DNA of 64,000 nt from a virus, in IMG/VR virus record IMGVR_UViG_3300027763_000029. One strand, 5' to 3'. How positions within the stretch are numbered: the first letter of the stretch is position 1; each line of letters opens with the position of its first letter. Below the pieces are notes generated by a model, which did not search any database, was not told the origin of the DNA, and was given only the letters and a program-made list of their open reading frames with translations. Shown piece after piece: positions 23,721 through 33,175 of this stretch. The translations under genes were made by a program, and so were the position numbers.

Positions 23721-25670
23721 TTATCCCAATATAACATCGCCAGCTTTAAATACTCCATAGTATCTCTTATTGTTGAGTGATGCTTTAGTGAAAACGAATG
23801 GCTCATCAACATAGGTGCTATTGGAGAAAGTCACTTGAGCCACTTGTACACTATTAACAATCAATCTCATAATTTGAGGCATATCATCTGGTGATAATGC
23901 ATTAAAAGAGAATACGTCCCCAACACTGCCTTTGAATGTTACTCCATCAGAAGATTCTCCAGCAGTAGTAGTATTAACAGTTATAGATAAAGTTGTATCA
24001 TAAGCTGGTGATGGTGTTGGAGAAGGGGTCGCAGTTTGAGTTACTGCTGGAGTTGCTGTTACTGTTGGAGTTACTGAAATAGTAGGTGTTACAGCTGCTG
24101 TTCTTGTTAAGGTTGGAGTAGGAGTTGGTTGTAATAAACAATCATTGCAATATATATTGATAAGTTTATTGGTCCCAGCAGAACATCCTGGATCTTCTGG
24201 ATAGACTGTTAATTTTAAGATATTGAATTTTGTATTCTTGATATTCTCAGAGAAAGCTACTCCGGTATCATTATATTCAAAGCAGTCATCACAACTAAGA
24301 TCATTATCAAAATAAAACATATTAGCAATAGTAACAGCAGTAGTATCAGGATAAAAAGATCCACTTCTTGGATATATATTACATGGCCAGTTTGAGGAAA
24401 CTGATTCAAAAGAGTAATTATATTTTCTACCAATAGTTAAGTCTGAGATTGTTGTGGATATGGTTGTACTATTGACATTTTGAGTATTAAGAGCGATTGT
24501 GCTATTAGCGTCATCTATTATTGGGCAATTAACATATGTGGAATAATCTGTATGATTATTTGCTTGATTATAGATAAGATGGACAGAATCAGTATCTAGA
24601 ACAACATTCTTATCTAGCAAATCAACATTAACAATAACATTTTTTGCAGTATCCATTGATAGCATTGATAAACAATCACCAAGACTATTTACTGTATATA
24701 GAGATCCTGAGCTTGGAACCATCATCGGGCTACCAGTATCACTACTGACTCTGAATCTATATGTATATTCGTAATTATCTCTTTTTGTATTTGATACAGA
24801 TACGTTGATTGGGATGGCGTTCTCTAAATCAGAATCTGTTAATCTTGTTATTTTATCTCTTCCAATTATACTAATGTTTGGCTTACGTGCAGTAGAATAT
24901 GTTGAATCAGGATTAACTGAAATTGATTGTTCTGATATGGCGTTCTGAATATCAGCCGATGGTATAGATAGTGGTGTAAATAATCTTCCGCCAAGAACTT
25001 GATCTCCGCATATGAAAGCTATTGAGTCACCACAGACTAAATTATTATCTTTGAATAAGTTAATATTTAGGATTATATTATTTGTATCATTAAATAGTAC
25101 TGTTAGTGGTATAGTTGCTGGTAAGTTATTATTACTGATTATAGTTCCAGATTGTGGCGATACTGATGGAACTCCACCAGCGCCAACAGCACTTATCGAA
25201 TAAGTATACGGATAACCATTTTCAGCATCTCTAACAGTAGCTATTATTGGTAGTGGATTAGAGCAAGCAGAGTCTGCTATGTATGTGATATCGGCCATGT
25301 CAAAATTAACAGATACTTTATCAACACTACTACTAAGTGATCCACTAATAGTTGGGGCAGAATAAGGGAATATTATTCTTGTTCCACTAACCGGATGTAC
25401 CATATGGGAAATAACATAGTACGAGTGGCTAGATTCTAATTCGGTCAAAGTAGATGCTGTCGATATGGTATTATCAGAATTTTTAAAGAAAACGGGGATG
25501 CTACTATCTTCTCTTTGTGATCCATAAATAGCCTTAACACTATCTATAAATCTTTTATATTTTGACTCCTCTATTGATCCACTAGTAATTCCTGCCGGAG
25601 TAGATGAGCTTAAGGGTAAATTAGCCTTACCATCGTAGCGCGTAATTGTAAATTGAGAATCAATGATCAT
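23721..25670 (-). CDS. Modular virion protein: divergent domain A, 3x Ig-like domain B, Thr/Pro linker, C-terminal beta domain
   Basis: Three internal repeats of YxYxF/I...(V/I)xPxSG...IxC. Confidence 0.75.
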   Translation of the reverse strand: MIIDSQFTITRYDGKANLPLSSSTPAGITSGSIEESKYKRFIDSVKAIYGSQREDSSIPVFFKNSDNTISTASTLTELESSHSYYVISHMVHPVSGTRIIFPYSAPTISGSLSSSVDKVSVNFDMADITYIADSACSNPLPIIATVRDAENGYPYTYSISAVGAGGVPSVSPQSGTIISNNNLPATIPLTVLFNDTNNIILNINLFKDNNLVCGDSIAFICGDQVLGGRLFTPLSIPSADIQNAISEQSISVNPDSTYSTARKPNISIIGRDKITRLTDSDLENAIPINVSVSNTKRDNYEYTYRFRVSSDTGSPMMVPSSGSLYTVNSLGDCLSMLSMDTAKNVIVNVDLLDKNVVLDTDSVHLIYNQANNHTDYSTYVNCPIIDDANSTIALNTQNVNSTTISTTISDLTIGRKYNYSFESVSSNWPCNIYPRSGSFYPDTTAVTIANMFYFDNDLSCDDCFEYNDTGVAFSENIKNTKFNILKLTVYPEDPGCSAGTNKLINIYCNDCLLQPTPTPTLTRTAAVTPTISVTPTVTATPAVTQTATPSPTPSPAYDTTLSITVNTTTAGESSDGVTFKGSVGDVFSFNALSPDDMPQIMRLIVNSVQVAQVTFSNSTYVDEPFVFTKASLNNKRYYGVFKAGDVILG

Positions 25671-25698
25671 TTTACCCTCGTATTGATGGTTTTATTGG

Positions 25699-26385
25699 TT
25701 ATGTAAGATCTAATACACCCTGATCTATAGAGGAATCGTACTTTTGATTATTGCTTGTAACACTAATACTTTGGTTAATAAAATTAGATAAATATACCAA
25801 TGTGCCAATTTTTACACCTAGAATTTTGACATCCGAAGAAGTATTAATCAGTGGTGAAATTGACTTTAATAAGCCTATTTTTGAAGATATCTCTTGTATA
25901 TTACCTATAGATATAACAGTATCTCTATACTGATTGCTATATGGAATAAACTTAAAAATAGGTAATTGATCAACTTTATATTCCCAATTATTATATACGC
26001 TTAAAACTATATCAGATCCATCATTTACTTCACAATCACTAAGAGTACCACATTTGACAACACACATCTGAGATGCTGTAATATTTATGCCACTAATCTC
26101 TGCTTTAACTATATGAATTTTTGTTGGATCAATTCTCATTAGAGTAGATAGCTTTTGAGAATTGGCACTAGCTCTAATAATTTGATTTGTTGGAGAAAAT
26201 GAAGCAGTATTATTCAAAGTGGAGTAGTTGATGGAGTATGATTGACCAATAATAAGATTATTAATATCTAACGAGACTATAATTTCTCTGCACTCGCAGT
26301 TTTTATAGGCCAATACAATGATATTATCTCTGGGTTTTTGAGGAGAATAATAGTCTAAATTAAAATTAATGCTAGTAGTAGGCAT
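25699..26385 (-). CDS. Virion protein with domain B
   Basis: NNLIIGQSYSINY...FSP...VVKCG; the N-terminus resembles that of the 1305-aa protein. Confidence 0.7.
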   Translation of the reverse strand: MPTTSINFNLDYYSPQKPRDNIIVLAYKNCECREIIVSLDINNLIIGQSYSINYSTLNNTASFSPTNQIIRASANSQKLSTLMRIDPTKIHIVKAEISGINITASQMCVVKCGTLSDCEVNDGSDIVLSVYNNWEYKVDQLPIFKFIPYSNQYRDTVISIGNIQEISSKIGLLKSISPLINTSSDVKILGVKIGTLVYLSNFINQSISVTSNNQKYDSSIDQGVLDLT

Positions 26386-26409
26386 AAGTTAGTATCCCAT
26401 GGTTATTAA

Positions 26410-26420
26410 TATATACACTA
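26410..26420 (-). promoter_or_regulatory. GTGTA motif (candidate late promoter)
   Basis: TAGTGTATATA about 29 nt upstream of the start at 26385, overlapping the upstream stop codon. Confidence 0.5.
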
Positions 26421-27419
26421 TTCGTCTAAAATAACTATGGCTAAAGCATCTATAGAATTAAGATTTTCATCAGTTAAAGTACATTTGACTATAGCTTGGC
26501 CAGTTTCTGCCTGTATAGATAAATTAGAAAATACTTTGCCAATATATGATGTATTTGAACTATTCGGATTTAATGATAAAATTCCACTCTTATTGTCAAA
26601 TATAAGATTAGCAGTGTCTGATTCTGAGTCAAAAAGATAAGAATAGTTTTTATTAGCTTGACCATTAATGGATACTGATACAAGATAAGAATTATTGGAG
26701 TTATTATCTCTTATTGGTATATTGTATACTTGTTGATCAAACGCAGCTCCAAATGCTGCATCTTGCGGCATTGGCGTATGTGAAGGGGTGATGGTTGGTG
26801 TAGCCGTTACTACTGGGGTAGAAGTATTTGCTGGCGTTGCTGTTGGAGTAATGCTTGTGGTTACTGTTGGCGTTAGTGTTGGCGTTGATGTTACCGCCGG
26901 TGTCGGTGAAGGAGGTAAAAAAGACCAAAGATCATAAGGAACAGAATTACTTTGTACTAGATATGAAACACCATTTTGTAAAGATATTAGACTATTCATA
27001 GTAGAATTTTTAGACCAGGATAATGGATTTAGACCATCATTACTAAAACCAAAAATTTGATCTATATTAGATATTGAAGATATTGATGATATCAGTGAAG
27101 AGTTAGCACTTGATGTAAATGAAGCTATCTCTAAAGTTTTTGTTAATCTTTTACTGGTTGTGTTCTTTCCAGAGTCTACTTCGCTATACAATGAATAGTT
27201 CGGATTATTTAATTTGCTAACTATGAGATATCCACTGCCATTAGTGATAGTAGAAAGAGAATTAAATATTGATGAAGAAGACCAGGAGAGAAAAGATGAT
27301 CCATCAGTATTAATAGATAAGATATAATCGATATTAGATGTACTTGTAAGTTCTGATATGGGTCTTGTAGTACCTAAATATTCTATAAGTTGAAATTTTT
27401 TATTTATGATTAATCCCAT
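26418..27419 (-). CDS. Adaptor-like virion protein: 2x domain A, Thr/Pro linker, domain B
   Basis: Tandem repeats INTDGSSFLSWSSSSIFNSL...GYLIVS and FSNDGLNPLSWSKNSTMNSL...SYLVQS. Confidence 0.75.
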   Translation of the reverse strand: MGLIINKKFQLIEYLGTTRPISELTSTSNIDYILSINTDGSSFLSWSSSSIFNSLSTITNGSGYLIVSKLNNPNYSLYSEVDSGKNTTSKRLTKTLEIASFTSSANSSLISSISSISNIDQIFGFSNDGLNPLSWSKNSTMNSLISLQNGVSYLVQSNSVPYDLWSFLPPSPTPAVTSTPTLTPTVTTSITPTATPANTSTPVVTATPTITPSHTPMPQDAAFGAAFDQQVYNIPIRDNNSNNSYLVSVSINGQANKNYSYLFDSESDTANLIFDNKSGILSLNPNSSNTSYIGKVFSNLSIQAETGQAIVKCTLTDENLNSIDALAIVILDE

Positions 27420-27430
27420 TAACTATATCC

Positions 27431-27892
27431 TTATGCGAAGTATGTCGTGTCGTTAGTGAATACTCCTGAATAGTTTATTCCCCCAATACTAAGTCTGTAT
27501 TGTGTATTTAAATAAGAATCAACAAATACTATTCTGGCAATTTCTACGGAATTCTGAATATTTCCTTTTCTTATAGAGGAAATTCCAATAGTAGCTGAGG
27601 CTGCCTTCTTATTGAAGTTGAGAGTTGCACCACCCGTGCAAGTAAATGTTAATCCATCAGAGCTATATGTTCCAATAGTATTATTTGTACCAGCTATAGT
27701 TATGCTTGTATCAAAAGTTGATAGAGGTGTTGGGGTTGGTGTTGGGGTAGTGGCCGGTGTTGGTGAAGGCTGTTGTCCTACAGTATTTTCATTACATATA
27801 ATTGTCAATATATCTTCTACTATTCTGCATGGTTCGCTAGGCGATACGTGTTCTACGGCTGATACTTTAAGTAATAGATAATTATTGCTCAT
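27431..27892 (-). CDS. Small virion protein, paralogue of the C-terminus of the 649-aa protein
   Basis: FDTSITI...SSDGLTF...YSGVF vs YDTTLSI...SSDGVTF...YYGVF. Confidence 0.7.
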   Translation of the reverse strand: MSNNYLLLKVSAVEHVSPSEPCRIVEDILTIICNENTVGQQPSPTPATTPTPTPTPLSTFDTSITIAGTNNTIGTYSSDGLTFTCTGGATLNFNKKAASATIGISSIRKGNIQNSVEIARIVFVDSYLNTQYRLSIGGINYSGVFTNDTTYFA

Positions 27893-27901
27893 ATATTATA
27901 C

Positions 27902-30900
27902 TCAGATTGGGGTTCTAGTTGGAGTTGGAGTCAAAGTATTAGTTTTTGTTACTGTGATAGTCGGTGTCGGAGTTGGGGTTGGACTAGTAAAAGGGTATGT
28001 TCTTACTGGACAAGTCAATAAATAAGTCCAAGCAGTTGATGCGCATGGAGCCTCAACTACAACCTTAATATATATCATTCCGTCTGGTTTCTCTATCTGA
28101 TAACTACCAGCTCCAGTACCACTCAAACCTGTTGCATAACCGCAAGGGCTACTTCCCCTAAAACCACTATCAAATAGTAATACTTCTGGTTTTGTCTTAT
28201 CGACAGGAATACCTATAACCTTGAATCTATCAGGAATAGTATAAGCTTCATAATAGAATGTCATAGTTCCAGGCCAAAATGATGTCTGAATCACTCTTGT
28301 ATCTACAGTATAAAGAGTTACTTCTGTTTCAATAGGAATATTCTCGATAATATTATTATTCAATGTTATTTTCTTAAAACCAGCAGTATCATCTATGCTT
28401 CTGAAATAATCTTCTACAGATACTGCGTGTGTATCTTCGTCTAATCCATCTGATCTCAATATAGAATATTGCAAAGCTGTTGTTGGTACATTATCAACTA
28501 CGATATAGTTTTGTCCGGATACTGCTGGTATGACCACATTCAATATGTATATTGGATTTTGCCCGCCAGCACTCTGTAGATCGTTACAAGGTACTGGTTG
28601 AGATATGGTCGGAGTTGGAGTGATACTAGATGTTGGTGTTGGACTAGGTAATACTCCGATAATCTCTACAAAATTTTCAGCATTAAATTTACTATTTAAA
28701 TTATTTACATCTCCATATCCAGTTAAAACAGTAACGGATATCGGAGAGTCGAGATATCCACTCCCAGGATCTGTGATATTTACAGCTAATTGAGAAAATT
28801 TATTTGGATCTGAATTTATAGATGCTCCACTTCCGTCTCCATTAGAAGAAACTATTGATGGTGGATATGAAGAATATCCTGATCCAGCATTAACTACAAC
28901 ATATGGTTTATCCGTAAATTGATTTATATCAAATACTATACCTGTTGTTAATGGAATTTCATTGTGATCTACTAGAGATGGAGCAGTTTTATATCCTGAT
29001 CCAGAATTTATTACAATATATGATATGATAACTCCGGATTGATCCACCGAAGTAACAAGTATCTCGGCCCCAGTACCTCCGCCACCAGTTAAAGAAATAA
29101 TATCTCCAGCAACAACAACTGTAGTATTAGTTCCTATGAGCGATGATATAGAACTATTTGTTATTCCATTTTCTTTTGAAATAGCAAAATTATTAGAATT
29201 AGCAACTAATGTTGCTGCTGTTCCATTTCCTGTTAATGTTACTAGTCCTGTTGGAGCACTAGTGAAACCATAACCCCCATTTAGAACTTCGTATGTTAAA
29301 ATATCACCATATGAATCAACAGTTAATATTTTAATAACAACATCAGAACCACCACCACCGGTTGTTGTTAACAAGTCATTTGGAGCATATCCGTAGCCTC
29401 CGGTTAATGATGTTATAGAACTAAGAGTCATTGATCCCGAAACTATTTTTATCTGAGCTCCAGAGCCTCTACCACCAACAACATTTAATGTTTCTCCTAT
29501 ATTGTAATGATTACCACCAGAAACAGTAATCGATTCCGACGTTATTCCTCCAAGAGCAGGAATAGTAAAATGATCATTGTTGAAGGAAGCAGATACTCCT
29601 TGTCCATCTCCTGTTAATGATTGTAATCCAGTAGGAGCTCCTGTATATCCGCTACCAGAGTTAATAACGGTGAAACTAGGATCTGTAAAATTATTAGAGT
29701 TAAAAGTAGCGACTAAACCAGCGCCATCTCCATCTGAACTAAATTGCGAAGGAGCATTATAGTAACCTGATCCAGCATCAATAATAGCAAAACTAGTTTT
29801 AGTAAACTTAGAAGTATCAAAAGCTGGAGTATTAGTGACAACACCACCAGAACTATTTAATACTATGGGGATGGAAGTATATCCTGAGCCTCCTGAAGTT
29901 ATAACAAAATCTAATATTTTTCCTGAACCATCGACAGATAGAATTTCTATGGTTGCTCCAGTTCCATTGCCTCCTGTAATTAATAAAGTGTCTCCAACAT
30001 CATAACCAGTACCAGTATTAATAAAACTAGAGATAGAAGACTTAGTAATTGATCCAGCAGCAGGAATACCAAAATTATCGGAATTTGCAGATATTGCCGG
30101 TTGTGAACAATTTTCAGAAGAGCATTTTAATACCGATAATGCTGTGGGAGGAACAGTAAATCCATAACCACCATTTATTACTTCCCAATCAGTTATGGCT
30201 CCTGTAAGTTCGTTAATTTCTGTAACTCTAATAACAACATCACTTCCGTCTCCTCCTGTTGTTGTTAATAGATCTCCAACAGTAAATCCAGATCCAGCGG
30301 GTAATGTTCCATCAATAGTTTCTTTAGTAATAGAACCAGACGTAATCTTTACTTGAGCTCCTGAACCACCACCACCAATTATATCAACTATTTCTCCTAT
30401 ATTATATCCTGTACCTCCTTGTAATTTTATCGAATCACTAGATATTCCTCCAGCAGCAGGAATAGTAAAATTATCAGCATTAAAAACAATATTAGTACAA
30501 GATCCTGAGCTATTCAAAGATACTAGACCATTAGGAGCATAAGTATATCCATGTCCTGGATTAAGAACATTTATACTCGTTATTGTCCCACCAGCACCAG
30601 TGTTAGTAACTTCTAGAACAGCATCTTTACCTCCACCGCCAGTAGTTGTTAACAAGTCTCCAATTGAAAATCCAGTACATCCACCGATTGTATTTATGTT
30701 TACAGAATCGTTTGTTAAGCCACCGCTAGTAATTTGTATTAGTCCACCAACACCACCACCACCTGTAACAGAAATATAGTCTCCTATATTATATCCATTT
30801 CCACCACTAAAAGCAGTGAATGAATCAGTAGTTATTCCTCCTGCCACAACCGTCAATGAAGCACCATAGCCTCCACCGCCATTCGGTGACAACTTATCTC

Positions 30901-31819
30901 CAATTCTGAATCCTTTTCCTCCACTGATATCAGATATCGAATCATTAGTTAATCCCCTTAATGCACAACTTCTAAAAGCAGGAGCACCTATTGCCAAATC
31001 AATTCCTGATGGCAAATTAATATCATTCATTGTTGTACTAATATGTTTAAATAATATTGGATCGCTTAATTTTGTTATATTATTTTCAGAATCTGTTACA
31101 GATGCGTACAGGTAGATGAACTTTCCTTCGTTGTTGGGAAATGTTATTTTACTATTAAAGTTTTGGGTGCTTTCTCCAGAAAAGAATTCGCCACTTTTCT
31201 TTTCAAATGATACGGAATTAGGCGGAACATCAAAAAATTCGTAGTTATATTTATAGCCTATAATTGTATTTTTAGCTAAACCAACCAAAGGAAATTCTGT
31301 AGTACCAGAAGGTAGAACTATGATACCATCATTGATGGTAGTATATCCAGGATCAACAAGCTCGACAATAACCCTATTTTGTCTAGAAAATGCACTTGGT
31401 GTTAGTGTAGGAGTTTGTGTAGGAGAAGGTGATGGGACTATATCATCTCCACACTTTAATGTGCACATAGCAGAAGATCTAACATCATTTTCTTGATCAT
31501 ATAAAGTTGCTTGTAGAACATAGTCTCCAGCAACATCTAAATCAACAAGAGTTGCAAATGTTTGTGTTGAAAATGATGCATAGATAGACTCTACTGCAGG
31601 ATTGAATATATTGACTCTATTTCCTGGATTTGAGTTTGGATTCAATATTTGATAAGTTATCTGATAGCTATTTCCAGGAATTAAGTTATCGCATATGACC
31701 GATAGGATAAAGTTGTTATTTATGCATTGTCCGGCCGGTAGCTTATATATCCCCAGACCTGTTCCTTGTCCGGGTAGATAATAAGAAAAATCGAAAGTGA
31801 TTGTTGCTGGTGTTGACAT
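27902..31819 (-). CDS. 1305-aa structural protein: 2x domain B, nine nested Gly-rich repeats, C-terminal AYxxPDRF/TAW-CP beta domain
   Basis: GxGYxxGD...GGGGxxA...VxNxGxGYxxxP repeats resemble those in baseplate/structural proteins of T4-like cyanophages (from recall). Confidence 0.8.
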   Translation of the reverse strand: MSTPATITFDFSYYLPGQGTGLGIYKLPAGQCINNNFILSVICDNLIPGNSYQITYQILNPNSNPGNRVNIFNPAVESIYASFSTQTFATLVDLDVAGDYVLQATLYDQENDVRSSAMCTLKCGDDIVPSPSPTQTPTLTPSAFSRQNRVIVELVDPGYTTINDGIIVLPSGTTEFPLVGLAKNTIIGYKYNYEFFDVPPNSVSFEKKSGEFFSGESTQNFNSKITFPNNEGKFIYLYASVTDSENNITKLSDPILFKHISTTMNDINLPSGIDLAIGAPAFRSCALRGLTNDSISDISGGKGFRIGDKLSPNGGGGYGASLTVVAGGITTDSFTAFSGGNGYNIGDYISVTGGGGVGGLIQITSGGLTNDSVNINTIGGCTGFSIGDLLTTTGGGGKDAVLEVTNTGAGGTITSINVLNPGHGYTYAPNGLVSLNSSGSCTNIVFNADNFTIPAAGGISSDSIKLQGGTGYNIGEIVDIIGGGGSGAQVKITSGSITKETIDGTLPAGSGFTVGDLLTTTGGDGSDVVIRVTEINELTGAITDWEVINGGYGFTVPPTALSVLKCSSENCSQPAISANSDNFGIPAAGSITKSSISSFINTGTGYDVGDTLLITGGNGTGATIEILSVDGSGKILDFVITSGGSGYTSIPIVLNSSGGVVTNTPAFDTSKFTKTSFAIIDAGSGYYNAPSQFSSDGDGAGLVATFNSNNFTDPSFTVINSGSGYTGAPTGLQSLTGDGQGVSASFNNDHFTIPALGGITSESITVSGGNHYNIGETLNVVGGRGSGAQIKIVSGSMTLSSITSLTGGYGYAPNDLLTTTGGGGSDVVIKILTVDSYGDILTYEVLNGGYGFTSAPTGLVTLTGNGTAATLVANSNNFAISKENGITNSSISSLIGTNTTVVVAGDIISLTGGGGTGAEILVTSVDQSGVIISYIVINSGSGYKTAPSLVDHNEIPLTTGIVFDINQFTDKPYVVVNAGSGYSSYPPSIVSSNGDGSGASINSDPNKFSQLAVNITDPGSGYLDSPISVTVLTGYGDVNNLNSKFNAENFVEIIGVLPSPTPTSSITPTPTISQPVPCNDLQSAGGQNPIYILNVVIPAVSGQNYIVVDNVPTTALQYSILRSDGLDEDTHAVSVEDYFRSIDDTAGFKKITLNNNIIENIPIETEVTLYTVDTRVIQTSFWPGTMTFYYEAYTIPDRFKVIGIPVDKTKPEVLLFDSGFRGSSPCGYATGLSGTGAGSYQIEKPDGMIYIKVVVEAPCASTAWTYLLTCPVRTYPFTSPTPTPTPTITVTKTNTLTPTPTRTPI

Positions 31820-31851
31820 AAATATTTCCTAAAATTCCAGTACTATAAGAT

Positions 31852-31862
31852 GAAATACACTA
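31852..31862 (-). promoter_or_regulatory. GTGTA motif (candidate late promoter)
   Basis: TAGTGTATTTC about 37 nt upstream of the start at 31819. Confidence 0.5.
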
Positions 31863-31872
31863 TATATAAAGC

Positions 31873-32655
31873 TTATGGACAATTTCCGCAGACAAAAAAG
31901 CCTATAGACTCTACGGTTTTTTGGCCATTTGATATACCAAATTTTATAGAATAATTTTCACAAGGATTTTTCATAGTTACGCTAGTATAAATATCATGAG
32001 ATAAACTACTATTACTAATAGTTATAATTCCAGTAGGATTAGAAAATTCTATTCCTTGATTCATATCTGTACTAAAATGATAAGTATAAGATTGACCTAT
32101 TTTGCCTTTGGCCGTTCCATATATTGTAACTTCGCCGCAATTATTCATCCTTGTTACCAACTGAGGAAATAATGCAGAAAATCCTAGCGGTGGCGTTCTT
32201 GATGGAGTGACTGTAACTGTATTTGTTGGTGTTATAGAAGGCGTTGGAGTTATAGCTGGAGTTTTTGTTGGTCGTGGAGTTGAGGTTGCAGTAGGAGTAG
32301 GTGTTACCGATGGCATTACTGGGTCTTGTGATAAATTACCACAATAAATAGCTGTATAATCTCTATGTACTTCAGAATTATTATTATCAAAAATTGATAA
32401 TTTAATTATATTTGAACTGCTGTTATACATAGTATATGCATTGTTAGCAGAAAAAATAGCTGATAATGTGTTATTGCTATTTGATGGTCTGATATTGAAC
32501 CCAGTAGGTATTATCTGATATGCTCCTTCTGGCATCCTGCTAACACAACTAAAAACTACAGTATAGTTTTCACCAATATTTAATTTAACGCCATCAAAGG
32601 ATACTAGTACTCCACTACCACATTCATTTCCAGAATAAGTTTTACTAGTAGACAT
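31873..32655 (-). CDS. Virion protein: domain B - Thr/Pro linker - domain B
   Basis: Two Cys-bounded repeats ending IYCGNL and FVCGNCP. Confidence 0.75.
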   Translation of the reverse strand: MSTSKTYSGNECGSGVLVSFDGVKLNIGENYTVVFSCVSRMPEGAYQIIPTGFNIRPSNSNNTLSAIFSANNAYTMYNSSSNIIKLSIFDNNNSEVHRDYTAIYCGNLSQDPVMPSVTPTPTATSTPRPTKTPAITPTPSITPTNTVTVTPSRTPPLGFSALFPQLVTRMNNCGEVTIYGTAKGKIGQSYTYHFSTDMNQGIEFSNPTGIITISNSSLSHDIYTSVTMKNPCENYSIKFGISNGQKTVESIGFFVCGNCP

Positions 32656-32662
32656 ATTTATC

Positions 32663-33175
32663 CTAACAATTATTACAGGTGGTGTTTAGAATACTTTCTG
32701 ATAGTAGTATATCTGTATCTATAGTATCTATTGTAACTATTTTAGAAATACTTATTTTCAGAATTACTATCGATGTATCAGAAGGTATATTTAAATTCAA
32801 AGTAATAGATCTTTGAGAACTATTAGCTGGTAATAACTCAGAAGAGTAAGAGCTAACAATAACATTAGCTGAAGGATTTAAATCAGTAATAGTTAATCTA
32901 TATCTATCGTCATAAATCAGATTATTAACAATAATAGTTACTGCTCCACCATTGCAGCATACCGAAGCAATGTTTTCAAAAGAGATAATTGGTAGAGCTG
33001 ACATACCATTACCATAAGTTGTATCACATAATTGGTTTGGAACCCATTTAACTATGGTTCCATCAACCTTTTTGGTATATAATATTCCAGTATTAGCATT
33101 AATGACTAATTCGCCAACCTCTACCTGATCTGATGCTGGTGAGGAACTTGATGATATGTCTCTTTTAAGTTTCAT
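32663..33175 (-). CDS. Fibre-attachment-like N-terminal domain (Mtd-N/gp34-N-like) plus domain B
   Basis: KLKR...P..DQVEVGELVINANTGILYTKKVDGTI is a common tail-fibre N-terminal motif. The start at 33175 overlaps the upstream stop (TAATG). Confidence 0.7.
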   Translation of the reverse strand: MKLKRDISSSSSPASDQVEVGELVINANTGILYTKKVDGTIVKWVPNQLCDTTYGNGMSALPIISFENIASVCCNGGAVTIIVNNLIYDDRYRLTITDLNPSANVIVSSYSSELLPANSSQRSITLNLNIPSDTSIVILKISISKIVTIDTIDTDILLSESILNTTCNNC

